A stretch of 64,000 nucleotides of DNA, taken from the NCBI GenBank assembly GCA_001767525.1, contig MELF01000029.1, positions 25,500 to 89,499 on the forward strand. Reading direction: 5' to 3'. Origin of the DNA: Acidobacteria bacterium RIFCSPLOWO2_12_FULL_68_19 (GTDB lineage Bacteria; Acidobacteriota; Vicinamibacteria; Vicinamibacterales; UBA2999). Position numbers and translations under genes: made by a program. The notes below the pieces were generated by a model, which was given only the letters and a program-made list of their open reading frames with translations, had not been told where the DNA came from and did not search any database. Positions 11,158-21,217 of the stretch are shown in pieces; position 1 is the first letter of the stretch; each line of letters opens with the position of its first letter.

Positions 11158-13725
11158 ATGTCCGAGTACCGCCCTCGAGATCTCGATCGGAAATGGCAGC
11201 AGCGCTGGGCGTCGTCCCGCGCCTTCGAGGTGGACGTCGATCCGTCGCGCCCCAAGTTCTACTGCCTGGAGATGTTCGCCTACCCCTCCGGGCACGCGCA
11301 CGTCGGCCACGTGCGCAACTACATCATCGGCGACGTGATCGCCCGTACGAAGCGGATGCGGGGGTACAACGTGCTGCACCCGTTCGGGTGGGATGCCTTC
11401 GGCCTGCCCGCCGAGAACGCCGCCATCAAGGGGGGACTGCATCCGGAAGTCTCGACCCGCGGCAACATCGCGCACATGAAGGGGCAGCTCCAGCGGCTCG
11501 GCATCAGCTACGCCTGGGAGCGCGAGCTGGCCACCTGCGACGCCGAGTACTACAAGTGGAACCAGTGGCTCTTCGTCCGGATGTTCGAGAAGGGGCTCGC
11601 CTACCGCCGCCGGTCGTCCGTGAACTGGTGCCCGAGCTGCCAGACCGTGCTGGCCAACGAGCAGGTGGTCGACGGCGGCTGCTGGCGCTGCGGCATACCG
11701 GTCGAGAGGCGCGATCTCGAACAGTGGTTCTTCCGGATTACGGCGTACGCCGACGAACTGCTCGACGGGACGGACGCGCTCTCGCGGTGGCCCGACAAGG
11801 TGCTGACGATGCAGCGGAACTGGATCGGGCGCTCGGAGGGCGCGCGCGTCACGTATCCGCTCGAACACCCACCGGGATCCGGGGTCGGGGATTCGGCATC
11901 CGCGATCGAGGTCTTCACGACGCGCATCGATACGATCTACGGCGCCACCTTCGTGCTGCTGGCGCCGGAGCATCCGCTCGTGGCCGGCCTGGCCGAGCAG
12001 TCGAAGGATCCGGCGTCGTTCCGGCGACAGGTGCAGGCGTTCCGCGCGCAGGACCGGGCCGCGCGGATGAGCGGGGAGATCGAGAAGCAGGGGTTCGACA
12101 CCGGCTTTCGCGCCATCAACCCCTTCACGAACCAGCCGGTTCCGATCTGGGTCGCGAACTTCGTGCTCGGCGAGTACGGCACGGGCGCCGTCATGGGCGT
12201 CCCGGCGCACGACCAGCGCGACTTCGAGTTCGCCCGCAAGTTCAATCTGCCGATTCGCGTCGTGATTACGCCGGACGGCCGGCCGCTGGACGCCGACGGC
12301 CTGGCCGAGGCGGCCGAGGCGTACGGGACGCTCGTCGACTCCGGCGAGTACTCCGGCCTGAGGTCGGCGGAGGCGCAGCCACGCATGGTGGCCGCCGCCC
12401 GGGCCCGCGGGCTGGGCGAGGCGACGGTGCAGTACCGCCTCAAGGACTGGGGCATCTCCCGACAGCGGTACTGGGGAACGCCGATCCCGATGATCTACTG
12501 CGACACCGACGGGATCGTCCCTGTGCCGGACGGGCAGCTCCCCGTGGTGCTCCCGACGGTCGCGCAGTTCACCGGCCGCGGCGACTCGCCGCTCGCGCAG
12601 GTGCCCGAGTTCGTCGACGTCAACTGCCCGACGTGCGGCGGTCCCGCTCGGCGCGAGACCGACACGATGGACACCTTCGTCGACTCGTCCTGGTACTTCT
12701 ACCGATTCGCCGATCCGCGCAACGACCGCCAGGCGTTCGATCCGGCCGTGGTCAGGTACTGGCTGCCGGTCGATTTCTACAGCGGCGGCGTCGAGCACGC
12801 CATCCTGCACCTGATCTACTCGCGCTTCTTCGCGCGGGTCTTCCGCGACCTCGGGATGGTCGATCACAGCGAGCCGTTCACGCAGCTCCTCACCCAGGGC
12901 ATGGTGCTGAAGGACGGCGCCGTCATGTCGAAGTCGAGGGGGAACGTCGTCGATCCGGACACGATGATCCAGAAGTACGGCGCCGACGCGCTGCGGCTGT
13001 ACGTGATGTTCGTGGCGCCGCCGGAAAAGGAAGTCGAGTGGACCGACGCGGGTCTCGAGGGGAGCTTCCGCTTCCTCGCGCGCGTGTGGAGGCTCGTGGA
13101 CCACTGGGTGGACGCGATCGGAGGCGAAGGTGTCGCACGCGGCGACGTCTACCTGACCGTGAACGCCGCGGAACGGACGCTGCGGCGCAAGACGCACGAG
13201 ACCATCCGCCGCGTCACCTCCGACATCGAGGAGCGGCAGCAGCTCAACACCGCCGTCTCGGCGATGATGGAGCTGGTCAACGAGCTGTATGCGTTCAGCG
13301 ATCGGGCGGTCACCGGTGCGCCCGGGCGCCGCGCCGGCGAGGACGTGGCGCACGCCGGGGGGATGGAGCGGCGCGAGACGATTTGTGTCGTGCGCGAGGC
13401 GGTGGAGGCGCTCGTCCGCATGCTGGCGCCGTTTGCGCCGCACACGGCCGAGGAGATGTGGGAGCGACTCGGCCGTTCGACCGGCCTCGGCGCCGCCGCG
13501 TGGCCGGCCTGCGATGCCGACGTCGCCAGGGCCGAAGAAATCGTCGTGCCAGTGCAGGTCAACGGCAAGGTTCGGAGCCGACTGACGGTGCCGGCCGACG
13601 TGTCCGAGCAGGAATTGGAGCGGCTGGCCCTCGCCGATTCGGCGGTGCGAACCTACACGACCGGGAAGGCCGTCAAGAAGGTCGTCGTCGCCAAAGGGCG
13701 CCTCGTCTCGCTCGTGGTTCAATAG
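11158..13725 (+). CDS. leuS: Leucyl-tRNA synthetase
   Basis: MFAYPSG-HVGH (HIGH), GWDAFGLPAENAAI, DWGISRQRYWG, MSKS (KMSKS). Confidence 0.98.
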   Translation: MSEYRPRDLDRKWQQRWASSRAFEVDVDPSRPKFYCLEMFAYPSGHAHVGHVRNYIIGDVIARTKRMRGYNVLHPFGWDAFGLPAENAAIKGGLHPEVSTRGNIAHMKGQLQRLGISYAWERELATCDAEYYKWNQWLFVRMFEKGLAYRRRSSVNWCPSCQTVLANEQVVDGGCWRCGIPVERRDLEQWFFRITAYADELLDGTDALSRWPDKVLTMQRNWIGRSEGARVTYPLEHPPGSGVGDSASAIEVFTTRIDTIYGATFVLLAPEHPLVAGLAEQSKDPASFRRQVQAFRAQDRAARMSGEIEKQGFDTGFRAINPFTNQPVPIWVANFVLGEYGTGAVMGVPAHDQRDFEFARKFNLPIRVVITPDGRPLDADGLAEAAEAYGTLVDSGEYSGLRSAEAQPRMVAAARARGLGEATVQYRLKDWGISRQRYWGTPIPMIYCDTDGIVPVPDGQLPVVLPTVAQFTGRGDSPLAQVPEFVDVNCPTCGGPARRETDTMDTFVDSSWYFYRFADPRNDRQAFDPAVVRYWLPVDFYSGGVEHAILHLIYSRFFARVFRDLGMVDHSEPFTQLLTQGMVLKDGAVMSKSRGNVVDPDTMIQKYGADALRLYVMFVAPPEKEVEWTDAGLEGSFRFLARVWRLVDHWVDAIGGEGVARGDVYLTVNAAERTLRRKTHETIRRVTSDIEERQQLNTAVSAMMELVNELYAFSDRAVTGAPGRRAGEDVAHAGGMERRETICVVREAVEALVRMLAPFAPHTAEEMWERLGRSTGLGAAAWPACDADVARAEEIVVPVQVNGKVRSRLTVPADVSEQELERLALADSAVRTYTTGKAVKKVVVAKGRLVSLVVQ

Positions 13726-13726
13726 G

Positions 13727-14266
13727 GTGGCTGTGAAGAAGCTCCTCTGCCTGCTCGCGCTCGCGAGCGTGACGAGCGCCGGGTGCGGCTACGCTCTGGC
13801 CGGGCGGGGGTCCTTTCTGCCGACCTACATCACCGTCGTCGGCATCCCGCCGCTCGTGAACAACACCGCGTTCTTCCAGGTGGAGCAGATTCTCACCGAG
13901 AAGATTCGCACCGAATTCATCGGCCGGGGCCGCTACACGGTGATCCCGGTGCCGGAAGGCGCCGACGCGGTGGTGACCGGCACGGTCACGTCCATTTCGG
14001 TCCAGCCGATCGGCTTCACCGAGCAGCAGCTCGCCTCCCGCTACCAGTTCACGCTGATGATGAACGTGCAGTTCACCGACACGCGCACGAACCAGGCGCT
14101 CTGGTCGAACAGCGCGCTGACCTTCCGCGAGGAATACGAGCTCAGCACCCGCAGCAACGTGGCGCTCGAAGGGGCCACCTTCCTCAGCCAGGAGCGGAGC
14201 TCGTTCGACCGCATCGCCGACGACGTGGCGCGCACGGTCGTCACCGCCATCCTCGAAGCGTTCTGA
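13727..14266 (+). CDS. lptE: LptE family LPS-assembly lipoprotein
   Basis: Lipobox SAGC-GY after a hydrophobic stretch; conserved position downstream of leuS. Confidence 0.85.
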   Translation: MAVKKLLCLLALASVTSAGCGYALAGRGSFLPTYITVVGIPPLVNNTAFFQVEQILTEKIRTEFIGRGRYTVIPVPEGADAVVTGTVTSISVQPIGFTEQQLASRYQFTLMMNVQFTDTRTNQALWSNSALTFREEYELSTRSNVALEGATFLSQERSSFDRIADDVARTVVTAILEAF

Positions 14267-14424
14267 TTACAACCGCTCTTACCGTCGTGAGGGACGCCCT
14301 GGTGCGGAAATTGTCGCGAGATGCAGGGCACTGCGTACCCGCGCCGTCGGCGACTGCGAACGTAGGCTAGAATCCAGCTGTCCAGTCACGAATGTTCACT
14401 CTGCGTCGAAGGAGGTCTTCGGCC

Positions 14425-15690
14425 ATGCGCGTCGTTCCGAGAACCCAGCGGTTGGCACTGGCGGCTTGCGTTGCCGTCTGCGTCGTCGTCTCCCCTGGAC
14501 CCGAGGCCGGGGCACAGGGCGCATTCACGCTCCTGCGCAGCGTGCCGGCGGATACGGGCGGATTCTTTGCCGGTGACGTCTCCGAGGCGTTCGACCTCAT
14601 CGCGATCGGCCCGCATCTACCCGGCCAGGCGTCGAGGCCCGGCCAACCGCTGACGACCAGGGGCTACATCACCTTCTTCAATGCCGACGGCGACGTGCTG
14701 TCGCGCACGCAGGTCGGCGGCACCGTCTGGGCGCTCGCCATGACGCCGGACGGCTCTCGCACCGTCGCGGGCTCCGACGATGAAAAGCTCTACGTGTTCA
14801 ACCGGACCACGCTGGTGGCGTCCGGTGTGCCCGTGACGGAGGATCACGAGATCCGCGGCATCGCCGTCAGCAACGACGGGCGGTATGCGGGCGTGGGCGG
14901 GGCGTGGTTCACGCTGCACGATCTCTCGGCCGTCGATCCCATCCGGCCGATCTACACCGACACCACTTCCACGCAAACGCGGGCCGTGGCCTTCTCGGCC
15001 AACGGACGCTACGTCGCCTACGGCGGGTGGAACAACACGGAAGCGGCGCGCGGCGCGGCGCCGACGATGTACCTGGCCGTGTATGACGTGCAGGTGCGGC
15101 AGCGGATCTTCACGTACCGGATCGCGTACCCGACCGGTACGATCGCCGAGCTCCGGCACGTGTCGATCTCGTCGGACGGGAACAAGATCGTGGCGGGCAA
15201 CTGGGCGAACCACGTGCTGTACTTCGTTCGATCGGATCCGGCGTCGACGACGTGGGCGCTGATGCAGGACATCCCGTTTCCGCAACGCCTCTACTGGACC
15301 GCCATGGATCCGGCCGACTCGGTGGTTGCCGTGGGCGAGCAGAGCGGGGTGGTGCTCCTTTACGCCATGGAGGAGTCCGCGCTGACCCCGCTCTGGGAGC
15401 GGCGAGAGGGTTTCAACGGCGGGCCCCGCACGGTAGGCATCTCCGCCGACGGCGCATACGTCACGGCGACCACCCGTGGAAGCTGCGGCGAACCCGGCAG
15501 CGGGGGCCGATTCCTGGTGTGGTCGCGGGAAGGCGAAGAGGTGTTCAACGGCGCGAGCGCCGAAGCCGCGTGCGGCGGCCCGAGCCCACCCGCCGAATCG
15601 TGGTTCGGAGCGATCGCTTCAGGAGGGTCGCGTCTGGTGTACGCCGGTTGGGGCGGTCTGGCGCTCTTCTACCAACTCGCATCCCCGTAA
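14425..15690 (+). CDS. Exported WD40/YVTN-like beta-propeller protein
   Basis: Signal peptide ending AGA-Q; repeated blade motifs (LAMTPDG, IAVSNDG, VAFSANG, VSISSDG, VGISADG); AAGGAGG RBS. Confidence 0.7.
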   Translation: MRVVPRTQRLALAACVAVCVVVSPGPEAGAQGAFTLLRSVPADTGGFFAGDVSEAFDLIAIGPHLPGQASRPGQPLTTRGYITFFNADGDVLSRTQVGGTVWALAMTPDGSRTVAGSDDEKLYVFNRTTLVASGVPVTEDHEIRGIAVSNDGRYAGVGGAWFTLHDLSAVDPIRPIYTDTTSTQTRAVAFSANGRYVAYGGWNNTEAARGAAPTMYLAVYDVQVRQRIFTYRIAYPTGTIAELRHVSISSDGNKIVAGNWANHVLYFVRSDPASTTWALMQDIPFPQRLYWTAMDPADSVVAVGEQSGVVLLYAMEESALTPLWERREGFNGGPRTVGISADGAYVTATTRGSCGEPGSGGRFLVWSREGEEVFNGASAEAACGGPSPPAESWFGAIASGGSRLVYAGWGGLALFYQLASP

Positions 15691-15714
15691 CACGGATTGA
15701 CGTCGGAGGAGACG

Positions 15715-16677
15715 ATGAGCATGCGACTGGCTACTGCGCTCGCGGGAGTCCTTGTCCTCGCGTCGGCGGCGCTGCCGGCGCAGGTCGCCGAGCAGCGGCT
15801 CCATCTGAGTCCCGTCGTCGCCAAGCTGGCCGAAGGACGGACGGTCTACGGTCTCCAGGCGGCCAACGACCTCTCGATCGGATCGGCCCGGACCGCGGCC
15901 CGCGCGCCGGCCGACTACATCTACGTCGACATGGAGCACAACCCGCTCGACCTGCCCGGGCTCTACCAGTTCCATCTGTCGATGATCGACCGGGCGCTGG
16001 TCCTGAAGAAGGGTAACCTCCAGCCGAACGTCGCGCTGATGGCGCGCTTTCCGCCCGAGGCGGATGACTCGGGGTGGGTGGTCAAGCAGGCGCTCGACAT
16101 GGGGCTGCACGGCGTCTTCTTCAACGGCGTCGACACGCCGGAGCAGGCGCGCGCGGCCGTGAGCTTCATGCGTTATCCGCCGAGGCGCGACGCGAAGTAC
16201 CCGCAGCCAAGAGGCGTCCGGGGCGCGGGACCGGCGAACGCGACGTGGATCTGGGGGGTGACCACCGACGAGTACGAGCGCCACGCCGACCTCTGGCCGC
16301 TCAATCCCGACGGCGACCTGCTCGCGACGATGATGATTGAATCGGCCGACGGGCTGGCCAACGTCGATCGGATCGCCGCCGTCGCCGGCGTCGGCGCGCT
16401 CTTCATCGGGAACGCGAACGATCTGGCCCACGGCCTGGGCGTGCCGCAGAATCATCCCGACGTGGAAGCCGCCCGCCAGAAGATCCTGGCGGCGTGCAAG
16501 GCGCACAAGGTCGCCTGCAACATCACCGCGAACAGCGCCGACGAGATCGTCCGGCGCGTGGGCGAAGGGTGGCAGATGATTCGCACGACCGTCGCGGCCA
16601 TCAACGCGGCGCGGCCGCGGCTGACCGATCCGAAGACGGCGCCGCCGCCGGCCGATCCTTTTGTCTTTCCCCGCTGA
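15715..16677 (+). CDS. HpcH/HpaI class II aldolase family protein with N-terminal signal peptide
   Basis: DMEH, ARFP, VKQALDMG, MIES and FIG..DL motifs, preceded by MSMRLATALAGVLVLASAALPA. Confidence 0.8.
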   Translation: MSMRLATALAGVLVLASAALPAQVAEQRLHLSPVVAKLAEGRTVYGLQAANDLSIGSARTAARAPADYIYVDMEHNPLDLPGLYQFHLSMIDRALVLKKGNLQPNVALMARFPPEADDSGWVVKQALDMGLHGVFFNGVDTPEQARAAVSFMRYPPRRDAKYPQPRGVRGAGPANATWIWGVTTDEYERHADLWPLNPDGDLLATMMIESADGLANVDRIAAVAGVGALFIGNANDLAHGLGVPQNHPDVEAARQKILAACKAHKVACNITANSADEIVRRVGEGWQMIRTTVAAINAARPRLTDPKTAPPPADPFVFPR

Positions 16678-16715
16678 ATCGTCTAGACTCCGGCCAGATC
16701 GCGCAGGGAGCTGAT

Positions 16716-17336
16716 ATGGCGGACGAAGATCGCGACCACTCCGACCTGTCGGTGACACGACGGGCGTTTCTGAAGGGCGGCGCCCTGGCGACCGGCGCCC
16801 TGTCGTCCACGCTCATCCCCACACCCGCGGACGCGCAGCTCCCCGTTGCGACCGAGTCCGACCCGCGGCGCTCGGTCGTCGAGATGACGGTGAACGGCGT
16901 GGCGTACCGGAAGGAAGTCCCGAACCGGACGACGCTGCTCCAGTTCCTGCGCGAGCACCTCACGCTGACCGGCGCGAAGATGGGATGCGACCGCGCCCAG
17001 TGCGGCGCGTGCACGGTCGTCGTCAACGGCCGCAACGTGTACTCCTGCACGACGCTGGCGGTCGAGGCCACCGGCGCCGAGGTGCTCACGATCGAAGGGC
17101 TCGCCAAAGGCGACGCACTTCACCCGATCCAGCAGGCGTTCATCCAGCACAGCGGCTTCCAGTGCGGGTTCTGCACGTCGGGCCAGATCATGACGACCAA
17201 GGCGTTCCTCGACCGCGTGCCCCGGCCGACCGAGGACGAGGCCCGCCGCGCGATGAGCGGCAACCTGTGCCGCTGCGCCGCCTACAAGCGCATCCTCGAA
17301 TCGGTCATGACGGCGTCGCGCCTGATGCAGGCATAG
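16716..17336 (+). CDS. 2Fe-2S subunit of a xanthine dehydrogenase-family enzyme with Tat signal (PaoA-like)
   Basis: TRRAFLK twin-arginine motif; GCDRAQCGACT, QCGFCTSG, GNLCRC. Confidence 0.9.
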   Translation: MADEDRDHSDLSVTRRAFLKGGALATGALSSTLIPTPADAQLPVATESDPRRSVVEMTVNGVAYRKEVPNRTTLLQFLREHLTLTGAKMGCDRAQCGACTVVVNGRNVYSCTTLAVEATGAEVLTIEGLAKGDALHPIQQAFIQHSGFQCGFCTSGQIMTTKAFLDRVPRPTEDEARRAMSGNLCRCAAYKRILESVMTASRLMQA

Positions 17337-17345
17337 GGAGGCGCC

Positions 17346-19616
17346 ATGGCGCAGCAGCAGAACACCACACGCACTCTGAGGGTGATCGGCGGGGACGGAC
17401 CGGTCATCGACGCCGTCGAGCGCGTCACCGGCCAGGCGAAGTACACGGGCGACCTCGAGCTGCCGGGCATGCTCGTCGCCCGCGTCCTCCGCAGCCCCCA
17501 CGCGCACGCCCGCATCGCCGGCATCGACACGAGCCGGGCCGAGGCGCTCCCGGGCGTCAAGGCGGTGGTGACGCACAAGGATGCGGCGAAGGTTCCGATC
17601 TGGGGGAACCGGCAGCGGGCGCTGAACGAGCAGGTCCGCTTCGCCGGCGAGGCGGTGGCGGCCATCGCCGCCGTCGACGAGGAGACCGCGGCGAAGGCGC
17701 TGCCTCTGATCGACGTGAAGTACGAGGTGCTGCCGTTCGTGCTCGATCCCGAGAAGGCGCTCGAACCGGGCGCGCCGCAGCTCTTTGCCGACGGCAATCT
17801 CGAGGGACAGCCGCGCGTGCTGATCCGCGGCGACGTCGAGCGCGGCCTGGCCGAGTGCGACCGGGTGATCGAGCGCGTCTACCACACGCCGACGATGTGG
17901 AGCGGCAGCATGGAGCCGCGGGCGGCCATCGCGCAGTGGGAAGGGAACAAGCTGACGGTGTGGGCGTCGACGCAGGCGCCGTGCCGCGTGCAGACGAACC
18001 TGACGGGACAGTTCAACCTGCCGGACAGCCAGGTGCGCGTCATCGCCAGCTACGTCGGCGGCGGCTTCGGCACCAAGAGCGCCGCCCACGTCGACGAAAC
18101 GATCGCGGCGCTGCTCTCGCGCAAGGCGCGCCGTCCGGTCAAGCTGCAGTACTCGCGGGAAGAGGAGATTCTCGATTCGAACACCCGGTTCGAGACGCGC
18201 GTCTACGTGAAGGTCGGCGTCAAGCGCGACATGACGCTCCACGCGATGGACGTCAAGGCCTACATCAACCAGGGGGCGTACCACGTGCGTCTCGGCGGCC
18301 TCGGGAACCAGGCGACGCACATCTACAGGATTCCGCATCTGCGCACGGTCCAGTACCGGGTGCACACCAACGTGCCGAACACCGGCCCGACGCGCGGGGT
18401 CGGCGATCCGCAGGAGACGTTCGCCATCGATTCGGCGCTCGACGAGATGGCCGTCGAGATGGGGTGGGATCCGGTCGAGTTCCGCCTGAAGAACGTCAAG
18501 CGCAACGGCGATCCGATTGCCCGCGGCGGCAGCGGCGCCGAGGACGGCCGGCTGGTCGCGCAGGTGACCGACCGGTGCCTCGAGGAGGGCGCGGCGCGCA
18601 TCGACTGGTCGCGCCGCAGCACGCTGCCCGGCGGCGGCCAGACGGGACCCCGGGCGCGCGGTCTGGGCGTCGCGGTGACCGAGCGCGGCAACGGCGGCGG
18701 GCTCGCCGGCGCCTCCGTGACGGTGAACCTGGACGGCTCGGTCGTCGTGTTCTATGCCTCGACGGACATCGGCACGGGGAGCCGGACCACCTTGTCGATG
18801 ATTGCCGCGGAAACGCTGGGGGTGCCGCTCGCCAGCGTCCGCGCCGTGGCCGGCGACACCGAAGTCGCGCCCTACGACGGCGGCAGCTACGGCAACCGCA
18901 CGCTCTACAGCACGGGGCGCGCCGTCGAGGCGGCCGCTCGCGACTGCCTGGACGACATTCTGGCGACCGCGGCGCCGATGCTGAAGGCATCGCCTGCCGA
19001 GGTCGAGCTAGGCGACGCGGTCGTGCGCGTGAAGGCCGATGCGAGCCGCAGCCTCCCGCTGCGGGACGTGATGCAGCGCCGCGGGCGGAGCGTCGTGGGC
19101 GACGGGAGCGTGACGCAGTCGCAGGCCGAGACGAACGTGGAGCGCGCCGCCGGCGCCCATTTCGTGGAGGTCGAGGTCGACCGGGAGACCGGCAAGATCC
19201 GGATCCTCCGCTACGTGTCGGCCCACGACGTGGGGCAGCCGATCAATGTCACCGTCGTCGAGAACCAGATTGAAGGCGGGACGATTCAGGGGCTGGCGCT
19301 CACGCAGGCCGAGGAGCTGCGCTTCGATGCGCGCGACGGCCGCTGCTTGAATGCCAGCTTCCTCGACCTGAAGCCGCCGACGATGCTCGATTTCGACGCG
19401 CGGCGCATCGAGCCCATCGTCATTGCCAATATCGGCGAACAAGGGCCGTACGGGGCCAAGGGGCTTGGCGAGAACCCGTGCCATGCGGGGATGGCGGCCG
19501 TCGCCAACGCCGTGTACAACGCCGTCGGCATCCGGCTGCGGCGGGTGCCGTTCACGCGCGCCGAGGTGCTGCGCGCGCTTGCGGAGCAGCGCCCGGCGTC
19601 CAGCCGCACCGCGTGA
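17346..19616 (+). CDS. Molybdopterin-binding subunit, xanthine dehydrogenase family (PaoC/CoxL-like)
   Basis: KVTG-like RVTGQAKY, SPHAHARI, GGGFGTK, DIGTGSRT, GAKGLGE (catalytic Glu). Confidence 0.92.
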   Translation: MAQQQNTTRTLRVIGGDGPVIDAVERVTGQAKYTGDLELPGMLVARVLRSPHAHARIAGIDTSRAEALPGVKAVVTHKDAAKVPIWGNRQRALNEQVRFAGEAVAAIAAVDEETAAKALPLIDVKYEVLPFVLDPEKALEPGAPQLFADGNLEGQPRVLIRGDVERGLAECDRVIERVYHTPTMWSGSMEPRAAIAQWEGNKLTVWASTQAPCRVQTNLTGQFNLPDSQVRVIASYVGGGFGTKSAAHVDETIAALLSRKARRPVKLQYSREEEILDSNTRFETRVYVKVGVKRDMTLHAMDVKAYINQGAYHVRLGGLGNQATHIYRIPHLRTVQYRVHTNVPNTGPTRGVGDPQETFAIDSALDEMAVEMGWDPVEFRLKNVKRNGDPIARGGSGAEDGRLVAQVTDRCLEEGAARIDWSRRSTLPGGGQTGPRARGLGVAVTERGNGGGLAGASVTVNLDGSVVVFYASTDIGTGSRTTLSMIAAETLGVPLASVRAVAGDTEVAPYDGGSYGNRTLYSTGRAVEAAARDCLDDILATAAPMLKASPAEVELGDAVVRVKADASRSLPLRDVMQRRGRSVVGDGSVTQSQAETNVERAAGAHFVEVEVDRETGKIRILRYVSAHDVGQPINVTVVENQIEGGTIQGLALTQAEELRFDARDGRCLNASFLDLKPPTMLDFDARRIEPIVIANIGEQGPYGAKGLGENPCHAGMAAVANAVYNAVGIRLRRVPFTRAEVLRALAEQRPASSRTA

Positions 19617-19624
19617 GGTCGTCC

Positions 19625-20596
19625 ATGCACAACTTCGCCTACATCCGCCCCACGACGCTGCGAGACGCCGCCGCCCAACTCGGCAAGGAGCACGGCAAGG
19701 TGATGCTCCTGGCCGGCGGCACCGATCTGCTCGGCGAGATGAAGGACGACCTCCGCGTTCCTGAGAAGCTCGTGGCCATCAGGCAGCTTCGCGAGCTGCA
19801 GGGGATCCGGCCGGGCAGGGGAGGGCTTCGCATCGGCGCCGCCACGCTGCTCTCCGACATCGCCGAGAGCGCTCCGGTGCGCGAGCAGGCGCCGCTGCTG
19901 GCGATGGCCGCCGAGACGGTCGGCACGCCGCAGATCCGCAACATGGCGACCATCGGCGGCAACCTCTGTCAGCGTCCCCGCTGCTGGTACTACCGGAACA
20001 ACTATCCGTGCTTCAAGCACGGCGGCAGCGTCTGCTACTCGGTGACGGGCGAGAACGAGTACCACGCCATCCTCGAGGGCGGGCCGTCCTACATCGTGCA
20101 TCCGTCGGACACGGCGCCGGCGCTCGTGGCGCTCGGGGCGACGGTGAGGATCTCGACCGGCGGGCGCGAGCGGGGCGTCCCGATCGAGAAGTTCTTCGTC
20201 GGCCCGCGGCAGGACCCCGCGCGCGAGAACATCCTGCAGCCGAACGAGATTCTCACGGAGATCGAAGTGCCGAGCGCGCCTGCGGGATCGAAGGCGGTGT
20301 ACGTCAAGGAGATGGTGCGGGAGGTCTGGGACTTCGCCCTGTGCAGCGTGGCTGCGATGGTCACGACGAGCGGCGGGATCGTCGGGGACGCGCGCATCGT
20401 GCTCGGCGGAGTGGCGCCGTTCCCGTACCGGGCTTTGAAAGCCGAGGCGGTGCTGAAGGGGAGGCGCCTGGACGAGGCGGCGGCGGCCGCAGCCGGCGCC
20501 GCCGCAGTCGACGGCGCCCGGCCGCTCTCGAAGAACGCCTACAAGGTTCCGCTGACGCAGGCCGTCGTCACGCGCGCGCTGCTCTCGCTGGCGTGA
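19625..20596 (+). CDS. FAD-binding subunit with 4Fe-4S insert (PaoB-like)
   Basis: AGGTDL, QIRNMATIGGNLCQRPRCWYYR...CFK...C, HPSDTAPAL, NAYKV. Confidence 0.92.
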   Translation: MHNFAYIRPTTLRDAAAQLGKEHGKVMLLAGGTDLLGEMKDDLRVPEKLVAIRQLRELQGIRPGRGGLRIGAATLLSDIAESAPVREQAPLLAMAAETVGTPQIRNMATIGGNLCQRPRCWYYRNNYPCFKHGGSVCYSVTGENEYHAILEGGPSYIVHPSDTAPALVALGATVRISTGGRERGVPIEKFFVGPRQDPARENILQPNEILTEIEVPSAPAGSKAVYVKEMVREVWDFALCSVAAMVTTSGGIVGDARIVLGGVAPFPYRALKAEAVLKGRRLDEAAAAAAGAAAVDGARPLSKNAYKVPLTQAVVTRALLSLA

Positions 20597-21069
20597 CCAC
20601 CGACGCCTGGGTGGCGCTCCTGCGGGAATCGGTCGACGCCTTCAACGCCTACCGCGCGGCCCATCCGGAGGCCGCCGTCACGCTGTTCGAGGCCGATCTG
20701 TCGTTTCTGAAGCTGCCGCGCGCCAATTTCGAAGGCGCGGATCTTCGCCGCTGCTGTCTGGAGCGGTGCGACCTGGCGGAGGCGCGCTTCGACGAGGCGC
20801 TGATGGACTACGCGAACCTCCGCAGCGCGCTCCTGCCGGGCGCCACGCTGCGCCGGGCGTCGCTCGTCGCGGTCATTCTGAACGGCGCTGATCTTCGAGA
20901 CGCGCGCCTGGACGAAGCGAAGCTCGCCCGCGCCTCCTGCTGCGACGCGGACCTGCGCGGCGCGAGCCTGCGCGGCGCCGACCTGACCGAGGCCGACCTG
21001 CGCTGGGCAACGTACGAGGTCAGCGCCATGGCGGACGTCGATCTCACCGGCGCGCGCATACGGACGTAA
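20593..21069 (+). CDS. Pentapeptide repeat protein
   Basis: A(D/N)Lxx-type repeats (ADLRR, ANLRS, ADLRD, ADLRG, ADLTE); start overlaps the upstream stop. Confidence 0.85.
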   Translation: MTTDAWVALLRESVDAFNAYRAAHPEAAVTLFEADLSFLKLPRANFEGADLRRCCLERCDLAEARFDEALMDYANLRSALLPGATLRRASLVAVILNGADLRDARLDEAKLARASCCDADLRGASLRGADLTEADLRWATYEVSAMADVDLTGARIRT

Positions 21070-21217
21070 TCTCGGCTTATTTCCTCCGCAGAGCCTTGCG
21101 ATAATCTTGGGTGCCGGAATCGCGCCTGGGCTGGCCTGGGCACGTCGAGGACGTACAGACGTGTGCAAGAAAACTACAAGCAACAGCCCAACACGAATTC
21201 CGATTGACTCGATCTTC

